A stretch of DNA of 64,000 bases from the human T2T-CHM13v2.0 reference genome, Homo sapiens, in NCBI RefSeq assembly GCF_009914755.1, contig NC_060944.1; one strand, given 5' to 3'. Both the position numbers and the translations under genes were made by a program. The notes beneath the pieces are model-generated. The model saw nothing but the letters and a program-made list of their open reading frames with translations. It did not search any database and was not told the origin of the DNA. Shown one piece after another: positions 55,021-64,000 of the stretch (the stretch's first letter is position 1; every line of letters starts with the position of its first letter).

Positions 55021-55779
55021 GTATAATGGATTCCAATATTTTTCTGTCATCCTCAATGTTCGGCTCATACTCTGTACTTCTGTGTTAGCAAACATAATTG
55101 AAATAAACCGTTTAGGTAGTAAGCTAATTCTGCAGCATTCAAAAAAGACAGCGTGCAATACTCACAATTTGCAAAACTGTTCTCCTTTTTTTGTTTGCAT
55201 AGGTTTATACATGTTCCCTTTTTATAGCACAATGTAAACACATGTGAGAAAAACTGATTTGAAATAGATTTTAAACCAGGCAGCCCTTTTGCTGTTTCCT
55301 AATTGGTATTCATCATACCTCTTATTGTTGTGTTCTAAGCATTTCGTTCATTTGTTTTTCAGTCCTCAGTTTCCTCATATAAACTTCCATGATCTGCTGC
55401 CTAAGAATTTGGTATCTGTTAATGAAAATCAACTTTTAAAATAAGCATTCTTCCTGCCCTGGCAATTAGGAGAACCTTTGAAGACATTGGGGGAGTGATA
55501 TGGGTCCTGGGATGGGAACAGTAGGATTCTGATAACAAGCCAAAGAGATCAGAAATTCCTTTAAGTATTTTACCGGTACCCCATAGTCCTCAAAATCACA
55601 TACACAAAATATCATGGGTACAGATCAACAACAAACTTAGACTGGCTTTATAACAGTGCAAGGTCTAAAACTTTGTTACCAAGTCACCAAAATATTCCCA
55701 AATAAGTAAAAATCCCACATTAAATGCCACCATCCTTTGTCTCCTCTCTCCCCCGCATTGGGTTCTGGAGGACTTTGGT

Positions 55780-56250
55780 CATCATAGCCGACATGTCAGT
55801 GTCCCCTCGATAGACATTCCCTTGGCATGCAGTATATACTGCTAGCATCTTGTTATAAGTACCTGTGGCTTTCTAAGAGATTTCTCTGGGTTCCACAATG
55901 TTTTCAGTTACATGCTGGGCATGCTGAAAGTATCAAGGAATTAAAGCTTCTGGAAGCAGCCGTCCACTAGTTACTAAGGGATTTGATAGAAAAATACCCC
56001 AGGTCCATCAGGTTTTAGTAGGGGCGGATCTGAGGCATGTTCTCCTGATCTAGAATTCCCCAGCAGAACTGAGCCCCCATTGCCAACAATGGTTGCCTAT
56101 TTATTAATATTCTTTATTTTGGCTTCTTTCTCTTCATTGTCTTGTATTCCTGCTCACCTGTCATTGCTTCCTGGGGTTCCTTTCCCCAGATAATCTCCCT
56201 CCACTTCAGCTCTAATTCAGTGTGTTTCTGGGAGGACTTTATAGAAGACA
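55780..56250 (+). mobile_element. LTR33/LTR16-like ERVL LTR
   Basis: tcctgctcacctg...tgcttcctggggttcctttccccagataa...tgtttctgggagg...aagaca at the 3' end. Confidence 0.55.
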
Positions 56251-57230
56251 TCTACCATAATATTACAAAAATTAAATTACTGAAGCTATTCAAATTATTT
56301 TCTGATATTTTCATTCTGTCCTTTTCTTACTTCTATCAACCCATCCCCATGTGTCTTTTTTCCCTGCAGTCCAAGATTATTTAGCCCCATCCTACAAGGT
56401 CAAGTATTTTATACACCAGCTAAGGAGTAAAGTGTAAAATTTTTAAAAAAAATCAGTAGGTAGAATATTACACTGGAATCTTAATAGTTCTTGCTGATAG
56501 TGCCCTTAAGGTTAAAAAAAAAAAACTCATTAAATTCCAAGAGAGAAGATGGTTATAAAAACTGAATGAAAAGATAGAAGTTATTCCACAAGCATTTCTT
56601 AAATTAGTTTGTTAAGAGCCTTAGATCATCAGACATCAAGTAGAAAAACACTTATCCAAATCTACAGAAAGCATTTCTCAGAAAGTGAAAGAATGCAGAA
56701 ATTTACTTCCAAAGTTTTGAATTAAACATGACAGAAGAAGGCATCAATTTGGAAAACTTTCTCAGAACTCTCCCTTGCTTGGTAGAGTGGGCAGCTTACT
56801 TCATCTGTCAGAGGAAAGGAAGTAGCTGTTACTGACCAGACGACATGTGTTGAATTGTTTGAGGCTGTACCGCATGTCAAGCTTTGACAGAACTGACATA
56901 AAAAATATACCTCACATTGTGTTAGAATTGAAGAGAACAGCTCTTGTTCATTAGAAGGTGAGGCTCTTCAAAGAAGCTTCCTGATGCAGCCCGATCTCCA
57001 GCTCACAGAATGAAAAGGGTTTCCTATAAATCTCAGTTAACTGATTGCTTTGGAGACACAGTCCCAAGAGGGATTTGAAGCCAGCATAAACTTGATTATA
57101 TGCACAGCTTGCGGGATTTGGTCATTCTCTTTCTTTCGGATATGTTTTGTGTTCTTTCTAAAATATAGTCAGTGATATTTTAAGTTGTTTATAAGGTATT
57201 TATAGGAAAATTTATTTATAAAATACACAA

Positions 57231-57744
57231 TGTTCCAATTATCAATTGCTGTATAACATAACATCCCAAACTTAGTGGTATAAAACAATAACCATCATTT
57301 GTTGTTATTATCTATTGTGGTTCTGTGGGTCAACTAGTCCAGGCTAGATAATAATCTTTCCACGTCCCTCAGGAATCTGCATTCAGTGGATGCCTGGGGC
57401 TAGAGCATCTCAAAAGCTTCCTTCCCCACTCACATATCTGTTGTCTTGTCTAGGGAGACCCAAACAGCTGGGCATTGGTGTCTATTCCTATAAACTCTCT
57501 CCTTATGGCCTCTCCAGCATGATGGATTCAGGATAGTAGGGCTTCTCATTCGGAGGTTCAAGGCTCCAAAGATTCATGTCCTATGAGGGAGCACCAGGCA
57601 ATAGCTGTGTTGCCCTTCACAATCTAGGCTTCTCTAGGTTAGAAGCAAGTCACTAAAGCAGCCTATATTCAAGGAAGGGGCATCGATTTTACCTCTTGAT
57701 GGAAGAATTGTCAAGGAATTTGCAGACTTTTTTTAACCATTACA
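57231..57744 (-). mobile_element. MaLR solo LTR (MLT1E/F-like)
   Basis: tgttccaattatcaattgctgtataacataacatcccaaacttagtgg...acctcttgatggaagaattgtcaagg...ttttaaccattaca. Confidence 0.8.
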
Positions 57745-58168
57745 TTTAATGATTACCTTTCATCATCATAGGGCCTTATTGGTATTTGCAAGCCTAGTTC
57801 ACTTAACCTAATACCATGCTTAGTCATTGCCAAAAAAAAAAAAAATCTGGCTAATTTAATGTATCAACAATTATAATATAGTGATGCTTTTACTAATTTT
57901 TATGCTCTATTCAACTATCCTTTAAAATATACTTATCTAGAGGGAAGAGTTAAGTGAGAAAACTGAAGATTTAGAAGTATGATGTTGATTTCTAAATCAA
58001 GAAAAACATATGTACTATTGCTTTTTCACTGAATTAAACTGATTTTTACAGAGTGACTGCTATAATCATAACACTGGGCTAGACTACTGTGATTAATACA
58101 GGTAAGTAAAGACGGTTTTAAAATTATGAACAGAACTTAGTCCTAGTTCACAGTCTCTAAACTGGTAG

Positions 58169-58170
<2 letters not shown>

Positions 58171-58209
<39 letters not shown>
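58171..58209. repeat. (GT)19 microsatellite
   Basis: Uninterrupted GT run seen directly. Confidence 0.98.
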
Positions 58210-58214
<5 letters not shown>

Positions 58215-59489
58215 ACGTGACAAGGATTATTTACACACCATTATAGAAGTCACACTAATTAAATCTAATGAAAGACATGTATTCAGTTTTGATATTTTCC
58301 GTAAGAGTCAGGCAAAAGTTCCCAACAAACTTCTAAATCTATAATCAATCCAAAGGAAATTATAAACAATAGGCTTTGTATAGAGAGAGTAGGTGGATCA
58401 TATTAGGCAATAATCACATAGTTGATTTCTTACTATAAATTATGATTTATGTATCATAAATAGCATACAAATGTTTGTTAAATGAATGAGATCTTACAAA
58501 CTATTACTGGGAAAATCTTTAATTGGCAGCTCTTCTCTGATACGGGGACTCCAAGGGTCCTTGGAACCTGGGGACTGGGGACTTCCTGATTATTTTCAAG
58601 TAGAAGTGTTTGATTTATAGTTGAAAGAGAATAAGACCATTAATGTTCTCTCATTTTTTTTAAATAAAAGTGTAAGCTCTGCCAAGGGGCATTTTCTCAT
58701 TGGCTTTCAGTGTTATTTTGGTCTCATGAATTCATAAACATCAGCATCTCTACCTATTTCCAAAGAAAAAAAATTTACTTATGCTCAAATCCTTGTCACA
58801 GCCACTGCTTCTAGGGAAACATAAACTAAGGCAGGGTGATTGCAGTTCTGGGTATTTGAAAGAGGTTCTTATGGATTTTTCCATGTGGGAATAACGTCTA
58901 AGTAATTTTCCAAGAATGAAAATACTAAAGTTTTTGATAATTAAAGATACTGACACAGTACAGACACAAACAGGTTTTTCGGGTGCTTTTCTTGTGAAGC
59001 TTTGCATTTAAACTGAAGTTTTATTCATGTAATAATCATGCCCCTACTATTCGCAGGAGTAGGAATAATGGGAGTTAACAGGTGAGGCAGAAAAGAAAGG
59101 ACATTTCAGAGATGCTCTGCAATAAAGAAGTGACTGAAAACTATAGCACTGGTTTTTCTTGGTTGGATGAATTAATGCACATTCTGAAAAACAGTGTTTT
59201 AGATTTCAAGTTCCAGGTCTTCCAGAAGGAGCTATCATCTGAGCTAAGATTGATGCATTCTAGACCATTATTCTGGACTCTTCTCTGATAAGCCCATGAG
59301 ATAATTTTGTTGAGGTGTGATCATCCCAGCGTTTTAGTTATGTTTCACTGGAAAATTTAAAATATTTTAATAAGCAACATTTGTTTGGGAGAGATACACT
59401 GTCCCTGAACTTGGCCTACTATGATGGGAATCCTCTGTTCTGTTCAAAGGCAGTTTTCTCAGGCACCTATGGAGTCAGAGACTGATGTG

Positions 59490-59700
59490 ACACTTAAGTG
59501 GTACTTACTATGTTCCAGGTACTGAGCTGAGAAATTTATCATGTATTAATTCATTTAATCCTCACAGCCAGCCATTTAATCATTTCATCTATTTTAAAGA
59601 CAAGGGTCAGGAAGGTTAAGTGACACGTGTAAGGCCACACACATATGATTTGCTGGAACTTGGATTCAAACCTGTCTGTCCTTAGAGTCCATGCTTTTGT
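59490..59700 (-). mobile_element. MIR
   Basis: tacttactatgttccaggtactgagct...attcatttaatcctcacagc...ggattcaaacctg. Confidence 0.7.
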
Positions 59701-60804
59701 GAGACTCCACCTCTGGCTGTTCCTGAGGAGTTCCTAGTTAAGCGGGAATGGGGGTGGGCAAGCCAGTGATGACAGGGTTAGGTGGATACTGGAATATTCA
59801 GGAAGTGCCAGAAAGTACAGAGGATGAAAGGCTTGACTTCACCTTGGATATTTAAAAGCTCCAGAGGACAACACCTTCATTTGAATTGGAAAGGACATAG
59901 CCCATTGGAAAACTTGTTGTTTCCAGGGAACAAAACATTTTAGACTATTTTGAAAATCTGTATGAAGCTACAAGTACTTGTATTTGGTTTTATAATCTAG
60001 GTAACAGTAATTAAAAGTTGATTCTTTTAAAAGAGATTTACCCTTCGAGGTTGTTTAAGTAAATATTTTGCTCTCTGTTAAGTGTTCCTACTTGGAAGTG
60101 TAAATATCTGCAAATGTGTTTATGTGAGTCCTCTAACTTCAGAAAGAGTCCTAACCTATTTTCTTCAAGCTCTTCATACTAAATATTAATTCTCTGGGAA
60201 ATTATATAGTGATATATTGACCTCTACAGAATAGATTCTTCATATAAATTAAACTATGTGGTTTAATTTTCTGTTGTTACTCATTTCTTTAGCTTGTGAG
60301 TGTTCACCCATGTCCTGAGTGTAAGATTGTGGGGCTGGAAGGTTTGCATTCCAGCCCAGCGCTTACAGCACAGCACAAGCTGAAGGCCAAAGAATAGGCG
60401 ATTTTCAGTTGTTTTTAAGCTTTCTAGGAATGATAGGTTATGATTTCCCTTGGCCTGTGATTTACCTAGTTTCATAAAAAGTATATTTTCCTTTTTTATG
60501 ACTGACAAAATTGTTCCTAGTGTAAGTTACCTGCTTTTTCCGAAAAGTTTGTTGGTGACTTAGTTTAACTATTAACCCATGAAGTCTCTGAAGCAACAAA
60601 TGCCTATTATTAATCATGTATTTTGTCTGGGAAACCCCCAATGTCTTTTACTTTTTTAAAAGAAATATGTATAAGTCAATGCCAGATTGCATCCTCACTT
60701 TAATTTTACTTCTATGACCCTCCAGAATTTTCTCAAAAGTAGACCTGCTTATTGGGTCTGAAACACCACACTGAAACAGATGCTGATACTTGCTAGAATG
60801 TTGA

Positions 60805-61553
60805 CAGGGCTGCTTTCACAGCGTCCAAATAAAACTGACTTAAACTAGATGGAGGTTTTTTGTTTTTTGTTTGAGACAGGGTCTTGCTCTGTCGCTCAGG
60901 CTGGAGTGCTGTGGCACAATCATGATTCACTGTAGCCCCAACTTCCTGGGCTCAAGCAATTATCCCACCTCAGCCTCCTGAGTAGCTGGGACTACAGGCG
61001 TGCGCCACCATGCTTGGCTAAGTTTTGTATTTTTTGGAGAGACTGAGTTTCGCCATTTTGCCCAGACTGGCCTTGAACTTTTGAGCTCAAGTTATCCACC
61101 CACCTTGGACTCTGAAAGTGATGGGATTACAGGTGTGAGCCACTGTGCCTAGCCTGTTTGTTTTTCATATTAAGTTCTGAACCAGAGGGCAGTTTAATGT
61201 GACCCTACTCCATTTGGTTGTTGAGGTGTCCAGGCTTCTTTTATGTTGTTCCGCCATATGCTAAAGTACTTGTATGTCTGAACATGGGTTACAGCACCAT
61301 GTCCTCATTCCAGTTGTGGGGAGGGAGAAGAAAGTGGGAGGAAATTTTTCCCTTGAAGGACATAATGCAGAACTTTCATAAATCACAGATGTTCACATTC
61401 TATTTTGGCCAGAACTGAGACAGATGCCCATGCTTAGCTGCAAGGGAAGTTGGAAAATGTAGCTTAATGCAAGAGTTCAACCAACAGACTCAGAAGTTGC
61501 TCTTGCCAAAACGAAGAAAGGAAAACCTGGGTATTGGAAAACAGCCTCTGCCA
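60805..61553 (-). mobile_element. MLT1 (I/J/K-like) LTR interrupted by an AluJ
   Basis: gctgctttcacag...tgacttaaactagatggaggttt before the Alu; ttggccagaactgag...cttagctgcaagggaagttggaaaatgtagc after it. Confidence 0.6.
60856..61154 (-). mobile_element. Full-length AluJ
   Basis: gagacagggtcttgctctgtcgctcaggctggagtgc...ctgggctcaagcaat...cactgtgcctagcc. Confidence 0.93.
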
Positions 61554-61971
61554 TAGAAGGCCTCTACCATAGAAGGCTTGTTAGCGGCCTCTTCCATAGA
61601 AGGCCTGTTCATCATAGCTCAGTTCAGAATATCAGGGTCTTCCTAAATTTATGTCATGATAATTCTAATTTCTAATGTTTAAGTTAACTTTTAGTTCACT
61701 TGTGCCTTCAGGTAGTTTTCTGAGGGTTTTCTGGCTGTCAATTTATTTCTCACATTGTTGAAAATTATGTTATCTTCTAGTTGCCACCATAGAAAATTAA
61801 TTATCTTGTAGTTCATTTCACTAACTACAAATATATATTATATAATGTGTACATATGTATAGTTATATATATATATACACACACACAAATTAGTGTTATA
61901 TACATATACAGTAATACACATGCTTATATACATATATGCACATATATAAACACACACAAATCACACAAATG

Positions 61972-62197
61972 CAGGTTGAGTATTCTTTATCTGAAATGCT
62001 TGGGGCCAGAAGTGTTTTAAGATTTTGGATTGTTTCAGAGTTCAGAATATTTACATTATACTGGTTGAGAATCTGTAATCCAAAAATCTGAAATGCTCCA
62101 ATGAGCATTTCTTTTGAGCATCATATTGGCACTCAAAAAGTTTAGGATTTTAGAGCATATTGGATTTTGGATTTTCAGATGAGAGATGCTCAACCTG
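61972..62197. mobile_element. Tigger4/MER46 (Zombi) MITE
   Basis: TIRs caggttgag...ctcaacctg followed by TA; internal aatccaaaaatctgaaatgctccaatgagcattt. Confidence 0.88.
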
Positions 62198-63288
62198 TAC
62201 ATGATAACATGACTAGGGGTGTTTTTTTTAATATTTTGTTCACCAAATCTTTTTTTCTCTCATTTGTCTTGCTGAATGCCTTTATCATAGCTTAAATTTG
62301 AATTTTCTGCTTCTGAACAGTGCTTAAAATGGAAAGAGGAGGCAGATGCTGGAGTTGCTGGTATCTGCAGCCAGCTTCTCTTGTCGCTGTGTTGGCTTTT
62401 CTTAATTTTTAAGCATATGACATATGACTAGTTGTTTTTTGTTTTTTGGTTCATTGCCTGATTTTGGCCCTAACTATTCCATTTTAATTTTAGTTATCCT
62501 GCATCATTTCTGTAGGTGTGTTTTATTTGTTATTTCTGGGTGACTAATAAATATATACATTTATATATTATTATATATGAATTATATAAACTTTACAAAT
62601 TAAATGAGCATGTATATATAAAAAATAATAGCCTACTGCCACTCTAATATGCAACTTTGGGTATATGAAAGTTGATTCTGTTTTGAGTATTCATATGCTC
62701 TGAGACAGATGCCTCAAAATAAGATACCTAACGGAGTACTTGCTGCTCTAGGCTTCTAGAGGACTCCCTGGGGTGAGGATTGTTCAGAAAGGAAACACGG
62801 AACATAAGCATGATATTATGTTATGGCCAACTAATTAGACATCTAGTCAATTGACTAACAATGTGTGTGTGAGACCCTGTGCTGGGTACAGAGTCAGGGA
62901 AAAGCTATCAATCCTGAATAGCCCCAGTATCTTCAGAATCAATTACTGATGCTAACAATATCTTCCAGTGTCAAATGAGAATACAAGATGCACATGACTT
63001 TCCTAACTAATTACTATGACTCAATTGGTTAGTTTGAGGAGGTCTTAAATGACAAAATTTAATTCTGTATTCCTGTATATATAGCCAGTATTTTATAAAA
63101 GAGAAATTTGGTGAAATGGTTCTGTATGTGTTGCTATGAATTGAAACAAATTCCAGCCACTTGAAAAGATTTTTTAAAGTCTTATTTGCTTTTCTACCAG
63201 ATGTGCTTGGAAGTGAGTGAAAGTCTCTCAACTAGAACTGCCAGGTCTTTGAGTATAGGTGGCATTTTGTCTTAGCCTAAAATAAATA

Positions 63289-63421
63289 CTTTTTTTTTTT
63301 TTTTTTGAGATGGAGTCTTGCTGTGTCACCCAGTCTGGAGTGCACTCCTAGCCTCCAGTGATCCACCTGCCTCGGCCTCCCAAAGTGTTGGGATGACAGG
63401 CGTGAGCCACCAAACCTGGCC
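63289..63421 (-). mobile_element. Alu monomer / internally collapsed Alu
   Basis: Left-monomer 5' half joined to a right-monomer-type 3' end, with an A tail. Confidence 0.85.
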
Positions 63422-64000
63422 AAAGACTTGTTTTTATCCACCACATCTACAGCTGTTTGGTTTTTTCTGTTTGTTTGTTTGTTTTTTTGTTCTCATCCCT
63501 GCATTCAGACAATCAAAATGTTTTCTCCTTTCAATTTCCAGAAAATTACAATGATCCAGGTTCTTCGCTGAAGCTACCATATCTTTGTTTCTTGTGCAAT
63601 GATAATGTCACTGATGGCATAATGTCTTCCTCTGCTAGTGGAGCCTAAAGCCTGATTTCCAATGAAGCTTTTCAGCATTGCTCTCTTTCTAAAATCCTCA
63701 TCTGACGTGGGCTGTGGTTTGCTTTTAGAGTTTGCTTCAGAGTCCACCTATGCAATTCTCAGAGCACTGCCACAGCATGTTCTGAAATCAGAGTTGGGTC
63801 TGTTTAGTCTAGCAACCTCATGAGGACCCCGTCTTATGATTGCATGAACTCTCCTACACAGTAGAAATGTGTATTTCTATAGGCGTTACTTAAATGTTTG
63901 CAAAGGAGCTGTGTTTCAGTTTTCCCTCTTGTAATTAAATGCTGACATATTTTGCAATTGAAAATAGGAGAAAATAGGTAGGTGGCAAGACGGTGTTCAA

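Noticed and set aside
54583-55158. 191-aa hydrophobic ORF and 125-aa K/E/R-rich ORF
   Set aside because: Artefacts of the GA-rich low-complexity tract.
58052-58101. Plus-strand 50-nt exon candidate with CAG|GTAAGT
   Set aside because: Appears to lie in an L2-like remnant, has a short pyrimidine tract, and such pseudo-exons are frequent.

Overview
AT-rich, CpG-depleted, repeat-dense primate (most likely human) nuclear DNA. It contains AluJ/AluS, L1PA and old L1M fragments, L2, MIR, MaLR/ERVL/ERV1 solo LTRs, hAT and Tc1/mariner DNA transposon fossils, and simple repeats. I cannot support any protein-coding gene, tRNA, rRNA or CRISPR array. The ORF track is explained by Alu/L1 sequence, low-complexity tracts and chance ORFs, so the window reads as a large intron or intergenic region; I do not recognise the locus. 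Repeat subfamily names are recalled from consensus sequences and boundaries of old elements are approximate. The most notable non-routine structures are: (1) a near-perfect 83-bp inverted repeat (28581-28663) with pre-miRNA geometry and an AAGUGCU (miR-302/372-type seed) word where a 3p product could start; (2) a near-consensus CTCF motif fused to a perfect 16-bp palindrome (39585-39615), with nearby ETS and splice-donor words; (3) an old ~310-bp local direct duplication bracketing that site, whose second copy was later split by an AluS; (4) a (GAA)~16 tract grown from an Alu tail; (5) a 99-nt minus-strand exon candidate with a Kozak ATG and a hydrophobic peptide. None is proven functional from sequence alone.
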